A stretch of 57,825 nucleotides of DNA, filler included, from Sphacelaria rigidula (GCA_964200075.2; 8 parts of 8 records of this genome joined end to end with filler, not necessarily neighbours in it); one strand, 5' to 3'. Positions 12,524 through 25,552 are shown, counted from the whole stretch's first letter. Made by a program: numbers and translations. The notes: generated by a model from the sequence alone, not told the origin.

Positions 12524-13006
12524 GGCCGGATGCTACGGCAAACAGATTTTTGGCCCACGGATTGTTCACCTTCGGGACATTTGACCCCCTTTTTGACCCC
12601 CAAACAGGGAACATCGCCAACACACGTCTTGGACACTTTTCATCACCCCACAGAGAGGAGCCTAGCCCATTTTTCAGATTCGCTTGGCTCCGAGGTTTCA
12701 AGATTGGCCGCTGAACAAACATTCGTGTGCGAAAATCCGTGCTTGCCGACCCCCGCCAGTTTGCCTAATATTCTGTGGAGATCGCCGTAGATTTTGTTGC
12801 ACACGGGTTTTTGTTCAGCGGCCGCTCTCGAAATCTTGGAGCCAAGCGAATCTGAAAAGTGGGCTAGGCTTCTCTCTGTAGGGTGATGCAAAGTGTCCAA
12901 GACGTGTGTTGGCGATATTCCCTGTTTGGGGGTTGAAAAAGTGGCTCAAACGCCATAAAAATGAACAATCCGTTGGCCAAAAGTCTGAGTGCCGTAACAT
13001 CCGGCC
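12524..13006. mobile_element. PIF/Harbinger (Tourist-like) MITE, 483 bp
   Basis: tta|ggccggatgctacggca ... tgccgtaacatccggcc|tta. TTA TSD and ~200-bp inverted arms. Confidence 0.85.
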
Positions 13007-14383
13007 TTATGGACGACTTTCGCACGACGGGATAGTCTGTCATGTTGAGTCCGTGGTCGTCGTTTACCGTGTTTTGGGGTATCGGTCGCTACTGTTGGTC
13101 GATTGTTGTCTTACTTCTTCCGTTTCTCTTGTGTATCCATTACATTGCGAGTATTGCTGCTTCGTTGTTGCCCACGAAGGAGGGGGAATGAAATTTTTAT
13201 GCCTTTTCAGTTGCTGTTTCTGGATCCTTTTCCGTACGATGGGCGTATCTGCGGTGCAATAGTACTGGACTCATGGTTGCGAACAATCGTGTGTGTCCGT
13301 CGCAAGTCTTTGTGTCCCCGGGTATCGGGTTTCTATCCGTTGCTGTGGGTGAAAAACGTAAATGAGTGTCTTCGTATCTCTTCTTCGACGGTGGAGTCTT
13401 TTGCCCGTTCTACCGTATCGGTACAATCGTCAAAACATCATCAAGCTTCTTCTTCATACCCTGCCCTCGGGATACGGGTCCCCATAATATGCACACAGCG
13501 CAATCACTGACTATGATCTGTTCTGTCACCTAATGCGAGCAACGATGACCGGTGCTCATGTACCTTGGCTATCGATCTCATTGAGCGTGGCGGCGGAAGC
13601 CGCCGAACCCTTTGTAAAAATAGAATATTTCGAACTCACGAGCGTGCAGCATACTTTGTAACGAGGCGTCCACGAGATTCAATACTGATTTTACTGTGCA
13701 AGTTCTTCCGCACCCGCCCCGGGAGATGGCTGTTCGGGCCAATGCCAATGCTATGGGTCCGGTCAGCGGATTCGTACTTTCCTCCGCGCGGGGGTACACA
13801 TGCGTCCGCGACCGTTCGAACGGGCGCGCGATCGTGTTGGTCCTGCAATGTTTCCGGCAGGCATGAACATTATTTCGACGGAGGATACATTTTCACGAGG
13901 GCTTTCACGAGGGCTTGGCAAGGCAAGAATACCGAGACCCTCGAAAAAGACGGACGGGATCGGGGCGCACCCCCGGGTCCCGTGCGGCTTGTATATAATA
14001 TATATATATATTGACCTGCCTCTCGTGCCACCATATTGTTCGCCCAGTATATATTGACTACCCGACGCGTCGACATTATGAGCAGACGAAATATATATAT
14101 ATATATTGCGTTCTGTATTGTTCAGAATGTGAATTCTTGCAACAAGACGAGGCGCCTCGCACAAGGGGTCAACACCTGTATCAGCTTCAGGTTCACGGGT
14201 CTGGCGACGTCTGGCACCATGATGAGAAGGATTTGAAGTCGTCCCCGGTTATACACCCGTGAGGCAGTGTAAAAGCCATGGCTGTCTCTGGAAGTGGCGA
14301 TACCACAGAATATAGCAACTCATTGTTGGCTGCCATTCAAATGCAAGATAATGAGTAGGCTTTGGGCCGAACAATCTTACCAG

Positions 14384-14483
14384 NNNNNNNNNNNNNNNNN
14401 NNNNNNNNNNNNNNNNNNNNNNNNNNNTTAATTAATTAANNNNNNNNNNNNNNNNNNNNNNNNNNNNNNNNNNNNNNNNNNNN
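14384..14483. other. Artificial contig linker
   Basis: N44-TTAATTAATTAA-N44. Confidence 0.98.
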
Positions 14484-14726
14484 GGACAACTCGAAAAACT
14501 CAAGAGCGAGACAAAAATAGGAACGCCCCCCCCCCCCCCCCCCTCGCTAATTTTCATGGGGGTAATACTCGACAATATGGCTCCGAAAGACGGTCCGGGA
14601 CCCATGGACATTGGCCATGTTTCATGTTGGTCCCTGGTGAAAACGCAGCGTGCAGCTGACATGAGCGTTTCCATTTTTTCTTCAACGAACCAACGTTTTG
14701 TTCCATCGGCCGCCGACTTCCTCAAG

Positions 14727-14876
14727 GTGAACGTACCAGCTCTCCAGAAGATCATGATTGAGTTTGCACGCGAAAATGAACGATCTGAGCTGACAGGGGA
14801 GCTGATAGGCGATACGCTCGACGATGCGCTGGCGGACGACGGCGATGCGGAGGCTGAAGATAAGATCGTCAGCCAG
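14727..14876 (+). CDS. CHMP2: ESCRT-III subunit CHMP2/Vps2 (Snf7 family), penultimate exon; 5' part is off the contig
   Basis: caag|GTGAAC...AGCCAG|gtgg, 150 nt. VNVPALQKIMIEFARENERSELTGELIGDTLDDALADDGDAEAEDKIVSQ matches the CHMP2 pattern LP.IQKIM.EF.R...M.D.IDDA....E.D.VVSQ. Confidence 0.9.
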
Positions 14877-15215
14877 GTGGGCAGGAGTATAGCGCATGTG
14901 CACAATACCTTGCAGGCCCAATGCCGTACATGTACTAGCTGTGACAGAGGGAAAGGGCCATTATGCCGTTGTCTATCGACTGTGCGCTTTGATTGCTTGT
15001 GGCAGCAGTGTTCACAATTTTTTTTTGGAAGGAGTGCAGTCTCGACTTGTTTGATCCTGAACACCTTTGCTTTCTCTCCTTCGATGCACAACGTCTGTTA
15101 CCCCAGGGGGCAACCTCGCCAGACGATTTTCGAGCACTCGATGCAACACACCTTGAGACGACTCGCCCCGCGTCTTCCTTTCGTGATTGTCACACCTTCC
15201 TGACGCGTAATACAG

Positions 15216-15452
15216 GTTTTGGACGAAATCGGTGTTTCGTTCGGAGATAGCGTACCAGAAGCACCCACTGCAGGCCTTGCCCAAGGCAGCGTAGCCGAGG
15301 CGGAAACTGCAAGGCAACCAGTGGCTGCCCCTGCAGGAGGGGGCGGAGGGGTAGGTGGGGGCGGGGGCGGCGCACAACCTCCAGGAGGGGGTGATGATGC
15401 CGGCATGAGCGAACTTGAGGCCCGCCTCAATAACCTTCGCAGAGGATCTTGA
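15216..15452 (+). CDS. CHMP2: CHMP2/Vps2 last exon
   Basis: tacag|GTTTTGGAC. VLDEIG...ELEARLNNLRRGS* carries the C-terminal MIM1-type motif. Phase 0 joins the previous exon across a 339-nt intron. Confidence 0.9.
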   Translation, partial: VLDEIGVSFGDSVPEAPTAGLAQGSVAEAETARQPVAAPAGGGGGVGGGGGGAQPPGGGDDAGMSELEARLNNLRRGS

Positions 15453-16329
15453 TTTCTCGTTCCCGCGTATTTGTACCTTAGGCGTTATCCCTTTCCCCTG
15501 GTTGGCATGGAGGGAAGTTGTTAATTTGTTCTGCTCTCTCCTAGTTGGATTGTTCGTGCCTAGAATAGGCGGGGTCTCTTGTTATGGTGTTTCAGAATTC
15601 TCGAGGCTGCGTCTGTTTTCTCGATGACCTTGTATAGAAGTGGTGAATAGTGACGATGTTATCCTCGTTGCATTTTTGTGTACCTCGTAGTCACAGAGCG
15701 TATGACTTGACAAGTGATTTGTAAATCCTCGAGTAAGTTGTAGATACCAAATATTTGTCACTCAACCCCGGCGTTTCGCAACACGCCACGTTCATCGTGC
15801 CAATCGGCCACATGTCGGCGCCATGGAATGTCCATCGTCAACTGGCACCATGAGGGGCGCTTTGCGTGACAGCTGTTCACGGCTGACGACGCACCCAGAA
15901 GCAATTTCCACTAGTCGCCAAGATCCCGCGCAAGCACTGGACTGTTGTAGTGAAATGCCATATTATCCCAAGGTCAATCAATCACTGCACTCGTGAGTTG
16001 TCCACCTGTCCACCTTGCGTCATCAATAAACCCAATGCAGACCACCGAGGAACAAGGATGCGCTGCGTTGTCCCGCATAAGGATCTAAACCATAATAACC
16101 AAGAAGGCTGTCACGAGCTCTTCCTCTTCTTTTTCTTCTTGGAGGTGTCCTGAACCGTGATCGCCGTCCGAAAAGCATCGTTGTTCCGATGTTTCGAGAT
16201 GAACGTCGCTATTCTCGTTATCATTTGTAGTTTCATTCTCTGCGCATGGACACCCAAGGCAAAACGCGCGCGCAGGTGACACGTTGGGTCCGGGCATTGC
16301 GATGAAAGTTAGTGTGGCACGATAGTGGT

Positions 16330-18810
16330 CACTCGGTGTCCTCGGCAAGCCACAGAGTTACAGTCTACAGAGGACGGAGGCTACAGTACAAAACCATACT
16401 TGCTCGAAGCGTACAGCGATCACAGAGCAGGTTGCCGACACCAGATGCGCTTGGTCTACATGAACTGGTGCACGTGTTTCGCGGCCAACTAATTTGAACT
16501 CCGAACACTACACGAACTGTCAGGGCACTTTTGAAACCGATTGATGACAACGATAACACCGGATAATATAACTTCATATGGCTTTTTCTTCAAGGATTAA
16601 TATGTCGCATCTGTAATTTTCTGCGCGCTTTCGCCCTGAACCCGATAGGCTTGAAATGGTCGTGTTCTTCAGGGATTCAGCTCAACTATCTTTATCAAAA
16701 TTTGACTCGAGAATTTCAAGACGGCAGGGCAACAGTGAAGTGCTTCTGTACTAGATCGGTGCCTTGATCGAGAATGAATGATGAACTATCAACAGTCAAC
16801 GGCCGCTTATACCATACGACATTCGTCGACGCTCTTCGACTCAGGCACGATCCGGCAAGTATTAGCATGAAGAAGTGAAAACACGCTCCTTCGGGAAACA
16901 CAATTTCAATCCTACACCTTCGCGACCTGCTCTTCAATGGCATTGACACCACGCTCACCTCATCCAGCGTGTTGTTCTTGGATATCGTCTTCCAATAGTT
17001 CACCACGTTTTCGTACTCCGGATCGTTCGGGGTTACATCAAGCCCTGCCGGAAGCTGCATGCTTTGAACGATGGTCTCCTGGATTGGAATACATGGGGAT
17101 GCAGGGATAATAGGTAGCTGTGTTGCTGACGATCCTAAAAAGCTTTCACCGCAAGAAGGGGACGCTAGCCCTTCATTTGCGTAGCCAAAAAGTGCGGTCC
17201 AGTACTTCAATACTTAAATTACGAGTGTTGGATACAGGATTGCAGTAGGAAGGTCGGGAGCCTCGGAGGCCATGGATAGATACATCCGAGCATTTTTTGC
17301 TGATATCAGTCACCAGCCCGTACCTTGAGGAGTACAGTGATATTTTCTACGAAGAACACGACAAGTTGTGGTACTCGTTGTGCGGATACACTCACCAGGG
17401 GGCGTGGGAGCGGTTTGGCCCTATCGACAGTCGCCGTGCCTGTAGCCGCCTTGAAGGTAAGATCCGTGGTGATGACGACGTCGGGCAACTCCATCTTGGT
17501 CACATCACCCCCTTGAGCCAACACTTCTCGCTTCATCTCGTCAAACCTGGCCTGCAGTTGATGCTTCTGATCTTCCTGCTCGCGGAAGGAAGCGGTCGTG
17601 TACGATTGCGTGGGAGAGCACATACACCAAAGTTTGAAAATTACTCTCCAATAAAGCTCTCGTACCGCCTTACGTGGCATTTGCGATTTTCAAGCCGCAC
17701 ACAATGCCTGTCTTCATTTTTGCACTCCTGATGCTTTGATCATATGTTGGTTACGGCCCCGCCGAGACATATCATATGCAACTCAGAACGATGTCACAGT
17801 CAAGTTTAATGTCCCCGCACTGTTTCATCGCTGCAGTCGCAGTTACAACAAGGTTCGGATCAACCATGCATGCCGCGTTGCATCTGACGACACGAATCTT
17901 AGATTTTGGAGAGGGTACGCGCAATGGGTCGTAACACCGGTATGGCAATATTATTTATCATGAACATCTGCAGTTTCGTGGGCATACCTCTTGCTTGTCT
18001 ACCGCGGTTTCCCACAGCTTGTAGTTTTCATACTCCTCTGCATCCTTGCACCACCAAATCTCCTCACCGAATGGAACGTCAGCGAGGTTGCCCATTTCTT
18101 CCTCCTCGTCGTCGTCCCCATCAAAGTCTCCCCCGTACCCGTCCTGTGTAATCGCAACATGGACAGCGAGCAATGCACCAGCATCAAGCAAATGTAGTGT
18201 CGTGTCGGCGCGACATGTGGTTGTTGCCTACTATCTCACAGAACGAATATGCAGGCACCACATAGTAAATAAATACATATAGATAACACATCCAATAAAA
18301 ATGGGTGACGAAATGGCGAATAGAGTAGGTGGAAACTAGACGAGCTCCTGATCACATGTGATGTACTTGAACATTTGCCAAACGCGCCTTCTGCGCGTAC
18401 AGCCGCCATCGAAATGTGCACGTCAAAGCTTTTAGAAAATACGCTTTCTTTTCAACGTTGTAACCCACAAACTGACACACTTTGAAACCTGTAATGGCTG
18501 GGAGCTGATACCGCAATATATGCATCAACTGGGCAACACCAGTAATCGCAGAGGAATCCACTGGCATCGAGCTTGGCACAAGCCTTGACCTTGATCCAAG
18601 ACAAGCCGTACATTTCCCTCCAATTTTTGAATCGTGCCTGAACGGAACGCGACGGTGCAACAATCGTTGTCGGCGCCACGGTCCAGCTACTCACCGACTT
18701 CCCTTCCACCTGGTCGAACCACTTTTTCACCCAATCAGTATCATCTGCTTGTGGGCCTCGGTTACCGGGACCCCTTTGTGGAAAGGTTACAGATCGCGGG
18801 CCAGGCACTG
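16330..18810 (-). pseudogene. Heavily decayed Mutator-like (MULE) transposase with SWIM finger
   Basis: Minus-strand fragments lie in MULE order across frameshifts: Cys-rich N-part (CDYWCCPVDAYI), KLDCD / ELHMICLGGAV, VDRAKPL..VYP, KYW...IPMYSNP/QETIVQSM, and a C-terminal LLCD.C..SKYGF SWIM-like motif. Many stops. Confidence 0.45.
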
Positions 18811-21624
18811 CGTCGTCAAACTGCAGTCAACAACACACGAGGCAAATGGCAACGTGGACCAGGGGATGTCAAAGTGAGGACTCTAGGTGGTGCTGCTGAT
18901 GTGCACTGCCACGGCGACTGCGCATCGAAGTTCTATTCCAACACGTCGAGTGCTTCCGCGCACGCGCCGGGGGGGGTGCAAACTACGCGCGTACTATCAC
19001 GGTGCAATACAAAACGAAATGGGTCTATGAAGTACACACCTGGCCGCTTACTGACGGTGGAATGGGTCTTGATTCCGGTGTTGTGGCCGGGATCGCCTTG
19101 GCGTATTGGTCGATTGCTCGCTGAACACAGCACGAGAGAGGGAGACGATTTCGTGAGGGCGTGGAACAACAGCGTTGCGGACGCGTTGCGTACACCATCC
19201 AAGTTGAGACAATGACGACTTCAAAGAATTATACCTCTTCAAGACACCATGCAAACAAATAGGAAATGGGCGGCAGGCCTCTACGGGTAAGTAGAAACCC
19301 AAGTATCGCCCCATCATAATGGGAACCACTTACAAAGCGCACTTCATGGAAAAAATAAGCAGAAGGGAAAATGAAACATCGGGAAAATCCCTAATGGGGG
19401 TCGGTACATAAAGGTGTCGAAGACAACTTCGCCGGATCGCAGCAGTGTCGTAGGTTTCTGCGCAGCATTTATAACCGGTCTGTGGGTTTTACTCGCCAAT
19501 CGGTCGCACTCCCATTCTGTTCAGAAGACTTGTACTGCATACCCTCACTTCGGACTGAGAAAACGCTGGTTCACGTTTTTCCTAGACGAAACGGCGGTGA
19601 CAAGTGTTGGTCGATATTAACTCGCTTCCGTGCGAAGAAGAATCTTACCCCATGCTTTCGGAGAAAATGTGTGAAGGCTCCCCTACCACGCCCGGCTGCC
19701 CTACCCATCCCCGAATCGAGAGGGGACGAGTCGCCCCGCATGCCTCCTACTCCTCGCCCCCCCTGGCGATTGTCCCCACGACCTTCACCGTTCGGCCTTC
19801 GCGCCTCTCCATCTTTGGCCCCCTCTCCGTTGGGACCCGCTCGACCAGACAGCGGCTGCAACATGTCACCGACAGCAACTGCAAAGGTGAGTCTGGATAT
19901 ATTTTTCACGTGCATTGCTTCAAGCCAGCGCAACACCAAGCCTAGGATCGGGCACATCGTGGGCGTTTCTGAGGTAAGTGGGCGCTCCTGGTGAAGTTGG
20001 ACATTATACGCACCCTCAGACCCAGAGTTGTGGCCTAATGGTTTCGAGGTATTCCGCGAGGAAAACTCGAGGGAGGCAAACAGACGTTTGACGACAACAA
20101 GGTCCTGAACAAAGCGAAGCTGGGCGCACTGTTATTATAACAAGTACTTGAAGAAAATGATTACAGTCATATGTGCCCCCTGCGTGTTCTAATTGAGTCC
20201 TGCGTAAAAAATCGACTCACATCGCGAGACAGCAGCTTGTACCGTTGAACAAAGTGTTACAGATACAAGAGGCCACCATCAGCAGTCAACTGCGGCTGCT
20301 GCTATTATGACGATGTCATATTGCGACACAACATTACTGTACGGACCACATGATACGTTACGCCGAATTCTACCCCTGGATACTACACCGGATGATTATT
20401 TTTCGGCTATGTTCGGCACCATAACGGTACCTTGCATCATGCTGGTGTGTACAAAACCGCAGAATATCGTGTACGACTATCTCAATACCACCCCGTTGTA
20501 ATGAGTCTTCCACAAAGCCTCAAGGAGGTGTTGTAGGGTACGGTACTGTACTGTCTTGATTTTTGCATAGCTGTCAGCTAACCGTGGATTACTGGCCGAT
20601 CGAGTCCCTTCATTGCATTGTCCTGTTGATCTCAACCTGAATTCACCCATCACGTACAGCGACCTGGGAGCAGGATGAAAAGGCAACGAAACTGCCTGTG
20701 CTTTTGCAACGGCACGCAACAAGCAAGCCAATGCTCCATGACATGTACGGAATACGTGCCGTGCGTGCGTCTATGCACAGGAGGTGTCGACGGTATTTGG
20801 GGGAGGGAATCAGCCTTACCGTACAAGAACTATTCAACGAGTGCAATAAGGGAGAGGAAAAGAGAAAAAATGGGCACACTGCTGACTGCAACAAAACTAT
20901 GCAGTGAGCTCATGTGATACGGCAACCTTCAGGGTGCACACCTGTACACGTTGTTGCTGTTGTTGGCAAACAAGGACCGTCCAAGGGTTTGCGCCGCTCC
21001 TCGTGCCATGCAGCCATTCACGATTCAACGCGTGGCGACGCATGCCTGGGAGCACAGCACGTGAGGCCTCCCGATGAATGAATTCCAAATGATGCTAGTT
21101 TTGTACTGCTGGATACTACTTCACGTGCAGTGCCTGCCTTGACGCGACGCTGCGGTGTCGTGAGGGTCGAGCAAGGTCGAGAGCGATATGTTGCTTTTCA
21201 TCATCACGATGGATCTCATCTTCCGACACGTCCCGCTGGTCATTAAGTAGGAAGCAAAGAACACGCTCAAGCATTCGTACAACGATTTAAGAAATAGGAA
21301 GCAAGTAGCGGTACGAACAAGATATTGATTGATTGGTTGATAGATTGCCGCACACCGACTGATCCCCTAGGAACCTAGGAATCCACCCTTCGTCGTAAAA
21401 AAGACGTGCCCAAGATGAATGAGAGCAAAAGACACCCTTTGCTAAAAAGAAGGCTGCTCGAGAAAGGGGGAAGGCCAAAATACTACTGCAGCTATTATAA
21501 CTACTACTACTACTACCACCACTCTACACGAGGTTTATACTACTACCATTACTTAGCTCTACTACCAACAGTGTTTTCGTGATATTGAGAGCAGACGATA
21601 CGATTAAGAGTGGCTTTGATCATT

Positions 21625-21724
21625 NNNNNNNNNNNNNNNNNNNNNNNNNNNNNNNNNNNNNNNNNNNNTTAATTAATTAANNNNNNNNNNNNNNNNNNNN
21701 NNNNNNNNNNNNNNNNNNNNNNNN
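21625..21724. other. Artificial contig linker
   Basis: N44-TTAATTAATTAA-N44. Confidence 0.98.
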
Positions 21725-22238
21725 CCCCATCTCGTAATGGGCCCCCCCCTCTCTTAGTTACTAATCCCCCCCCCCCCCCCCCCCAACTGGCGTCTCGCAC
21801 GCTCTTGTCGTTGAGCACCCCGAGGGTCACTCACGTACATGTCAGGTGAAATCAACGATGAATAACACCCCCCAAGTTCAAATTGGATATATCTGTTGTT
21901 TTCGCCGCACCACCGCCCTTGCTGGCATGTGTGTGACGGAGAACAGTAGTAGCATTGACGGGAACATTGCCGTGTATTTTAACGACATATCTTCCAGCGC
22001 ACAGAGGCGCATCCTGTCCACGAAAAGAGGCAGAGAGAAATTGATCTTCGCATTGGTGAGCTCCACAGGGAAGAAGAGACGAAATCTCTCCGCACCTCGA
22101 TGTTCTGGCACATGGAAAATTGGGTACATACTGGTAAGATCAATGATGCCAGTCTCTCGAGCGATTGGCAATCGCCAAGCGAGGACACACAAAGCACACG
22201 GGCGAGGAGCTTCCTCTCTGTCGTTGCTTCTCTCTCTG

Positions 22239-22534
22239 CACGGGTGGCCACTGGGGTCTGTAACCTGGCCATTTTGGGACGTTATCCACATTTATTTGGT
22301 GAGGTCCGCGGATTAGGTGGACAGCTGAAGAGCATTCGACAGCATGGACAGGTTCGAAACAAAGCATGTTCCAGTCTACAGGGGAGTCACCCGCCTTTAG
22401 ACTGGGAAATGGTTTCTTTCGATCCTGTCCATGCTGTGCGAATGCTCTTCAGTTGACTACCCAGTCCGCGAACCTTGCCAAAGGTGGATAAGGTCCCAAA
22501 ATGGCCAGGTTACAGACCCCAGTGGCCACCCGTG
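22239..22534. mobile_element. Palindromic MITE with CAC...GTG ends (CMC/EnSpm-like), 296 bp
   Basis: Perfect ~40-bp TIR cacgggtggccactggggtctgtaacctggccattttgggac. The whole element is an imperfect hairpin, with TG on both flanks. Confidence 0.75.
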
Positions 22535-23140
22535 TGGTGATATCGTCATCAACACGCGTGTACACCGCATTCGTTAGGTGCACCTACCTATAGCTGCTGA
22601 ACTGCTGCGGACATTTGGGGTGGAGGATGGCTTTCCTTGATCGTGAGTATTTGGCGTCAACCCTGCAAAAAAGAAATGCCACTTGAAACTCATTTTTGAG
22701 GTGGACCCCATTTTTCAGGATCCCCTTGTCAAGCACAGGTTTCATATTCGAGGCACAGAACAAGCTAAATGTCGCGAACCGGTGTATGTCTTCTGTAACC
22801 AGTTGCGGGCAATTTTTTTCGGCAGGGCCCAAACAGACTGAACATGGGCGCGCTTTGTCCGCATTTTACTGGCGTGCTCATTTGAGGACATCAAGATCCT
22901 CCTTCGCATCAACACGAGAGAACCATTGCCTAAAAATCTCAATATTATTCGCTCTACCTAACCGCCACAAGAATATAAATGGTGTTGCATCAGAAAGCAC
23001 ACACAGTCGCAATTTAAACGTCACTCACTACGGTCCTCGGCGGTACTATCAGATGTGTGTTATCGTGTATGTTGTCATGCTATATTTTCTGGACGCCATA
23101 CTACATCTTTCGGTATAATATGTGGGCACATCAGCCGGGG

Positions 23141-23355
23141 TGCGATGCGTGAGAGGACTGCGTGCTTAGAGGACCGCATCGGAAGTTAAACATCCCTAAG
23201 GCTGGGGTTAGAGTTAGGGTTAGTGCTGGGGTTAGGATTAGGGGTGTGGTCCCGGCAGGGACTGGCCCGATCGGTTTTGGATGGAAAACATCGGCCCTGA
23301 GGTAATTCGAGCTACGGCGCGGTCCTCTAAGCACACGGTCCTCTCACACATTACA
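23141..23355. mobile_element. TIR element with internal telomere-like TTAGGG array, with TSD
   Basis: cgggg|tgcgatgcgtgagaggactgcgtgcttagaggaccgc ... gcggtcctctaagcacacggtcctctcacacattaca|cgggg. Internal ggttagagttagggttag. Confidence 0.85.
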
Positions 23356-23448
23356 CGGGGTCGCACAGGAGGGACGCCAACACAGGGGTTTTTCCCTCTC
23401 TTCTTTTGTTTTTAGTAGAGCACCTTCCTTCTACAGTGCTTGCCTTGT

Positions 23449-23647
23449 GTTTTATCGCGAGAGAAATTCAGCAGTCACTTTCCCTCGTCGATCGTAAACT
23501 CGAGCTTTGTGTACCCACAGCACAGTCGCTCTCTACCGTTGGGCATGATGCGCGGAAAATCCCCGATCGCGTGACTGCACCGAGCGTCGAACCCACGGCC
23601 CAACCGTCAGAAGGTACGAGGTTACAAACTGAGGCACCAGGGCGACC
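23449..23647 (-). mobile_element. tRNA-derived SINE, copy 3
   Basis: Reverse complement of the head and body seen at 2342. Confidence 0.75.
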
Positions 23648-23705
23648 GCCTATATCTTCATGGATTGCTAGTATTCTCCATCAATCTCAGCTATTCGATA
23701 CCAAA

Positions 23706-24229
23706 CAAGGTTTCGTCAGATTGAGAGTAGAGGATACGATTGAGAGTGAGAAGTGGTCAATTGTTGAATGAACCGTTTCAGTTCCGAAATGCCCCTCCAC
23801 GAGGCCCGATACGATATCTGTAGTAGCTTCAATGAAAAAATGGCCAAGTTCAAGCGAATGGTAAACCCACTTTGCATCAGCGCTCTACTCTCAATTTCAC
23901 GAGAAGATTGTTGACCAAACTCACTAGTCAGAACAATATTTTCATAAGATTGAAATTAGATGATACGATCGAAAGTGAAAGCGGTTAGTTAGTGCATGGA
24001 TTTTTCGACTCCGAAACGACCCTCCACGAGGCCCGATATTCGTTCTATAGTATAGCTTGCCACTGAGGCCCTCGGTCTCTCTGAGTAGGATATTCACGTG
24101 TAGCTGTAAGCACACGGCAGTGATAGAGGCAAAGAAAAGCACATAACGGATGAAACATTGGCTAAGTTAAAGTGAATGATCAAAGCCACTCTCAATCCGC
24201 GCTCTACTCTGAATCTCACGAATACGTTG
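23706..24229. mobile_element. Two adjacent copies (23706-23910, 23934-24229) of the MITE family at 11181
   Basis: Shared TIR-like gattgagagtaga / ctctactctcaat ends and internal ccctccacgaggcccgat. Confidence 0.65.
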
Positions 24230-24452
24230 TTTCTAGTGGATCCGTAGATCCTGCGAGCTGGTTTTCTCAAGGGTACCTATACTGTAGAACTCAGACATCA
24301 GTATCTCCTCTACGGGTCATTCTTGCAGGCGGTACCCGCAAGTACCGACCATCAGTTCGTCGGTGGGGTCATGACGACACGGTAGGCGCCGACACCTCCC
24401 TGAAATACACTGGTGTCACTTCTTTTTCACAAAACGCACCTGCGAGAATGAC

Positions 24453-24879
24453 TGTAGTGCGTGAAGGGACCGCGTGCTTGGAGGACCGCATCAGCATTTG
24501 AATATCCCCATGGTTAGGGTTGGTGTTTGTGTGGGCGTTTGGGGTAGGGTTAGTGTCAGGGTTAGGGTCAGGGCCGCGATCCGTGCAGGGGCTGGCCCGA
24601 GCGTTGTTGAAAAACGTCGGCCCCAGGGTGTTTCGAACTCCGATGCAGTCCAACATGCACGCTGTCCACACACGCATTCCAGCACACTGCGAAGTCGTCG
24701 TGTCGCTCCCGTCACCGTGCCTGCCTTCGCTACCCCTGGCTCGAAAATGCACGGCTGCGGGGTCTGCTTGGGACGTGGTCCCTGCTCTCATTAAGCCCGA
24801 GCGGTCCTCCCGACACGCTGGTCTCAGGGTTTTCAAGGTCTGATCTGGTCTTCAGCACGCGGTCTGAACACGCATTACA
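24453..24879. mobile_element. Telomere-repeat TIR element, longer copy
   Basis: tgtagtgcgtgaagggaccgcgtgcttggaggaccgc ... cacgcattaca. Internal ggttagggtt repeats. No TSD is evident. Confidence 0.7.
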
Positions 24880-25043
24880 CCATTGCCACTAACCGTGACC
24901 TCATCATTCCCGAAGTCGTTCCGCGCCATGTATATGTAGTCGCAATGAGTTACGATATATGTAGAAATGACTAGACGACAGTACCGGGCACATGGCTATA
25001 TGGAGTACTAGCCACGGATGTTGTGCGGGTGGGGACTTAGAGG

Positions 25044-25230
25044 TGTGATGCGCGGGAGAATCGCATGGGTTTTGGACTATATCTAAATTTGAACACCCCA
25101 GGATCGATGTTTTTCAAGACAGCTCAGGCCAGTCCCTGCAGGAAACGCGCCCCTGACCCTAGCCAAACCCTAACCCTAACCCTAATTCCGATGCGGTCCT
25201 CTAAGCACGCAGGTCCCCTCACGCATTACA
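25044..25230. mobile_element. Telomere-repeat TIR element, opposite orientation
   Basis: Internal aaccctaaccctaaccctaa. Ends gcggtcctctaagcacgcaggtcccctcacgcattaca. Confidence 0.75.
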
Positions 25231-25283
25231 CCAGGAGTAATAGCTCAGGCAATGTAAGGATCATATACAGAAAGTCGTGATGA

Positions 25284-25453
25284 TGTCAAAATGTTGAACT
25301 TTGTAGCCAAATGATACCAAGCTGTAAGGTTTTAGTACGATCACATGCATGATCGGAGCGGTGGCAGGGGACGGGGGATCCTGGATTGATGGCCGTTCTC
25401 TTTGTGGCCCCTTGCTGTCAGCCTCGTGATTTCTTAAGAATCACTCCGTGACA
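25284..25453 (+). repeat. Candidate 5' LTR of the adjacent gypsy element
   Basis: 170 bp bounded by TGTCA...TGACA, just upstream of gag. No second LTR in the contig and no canonical PBS. Confidence 0.35.
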
Positions 25454-25552
25454 ATATCAAGCTAGAAGAGAGGACTTGCCGAGCACGAGGCCAGTGATAG
25501 TGTAGGACTCCCTCGCTGAAAATCCTCTTGTCCAGACCATCGGGCGGAGGCT

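Noticed and set aside
25150..25190. True telomere or chromosome end
   Set aside because: The CCCTAA tracts are short, degenerate and internal to a TIR element.
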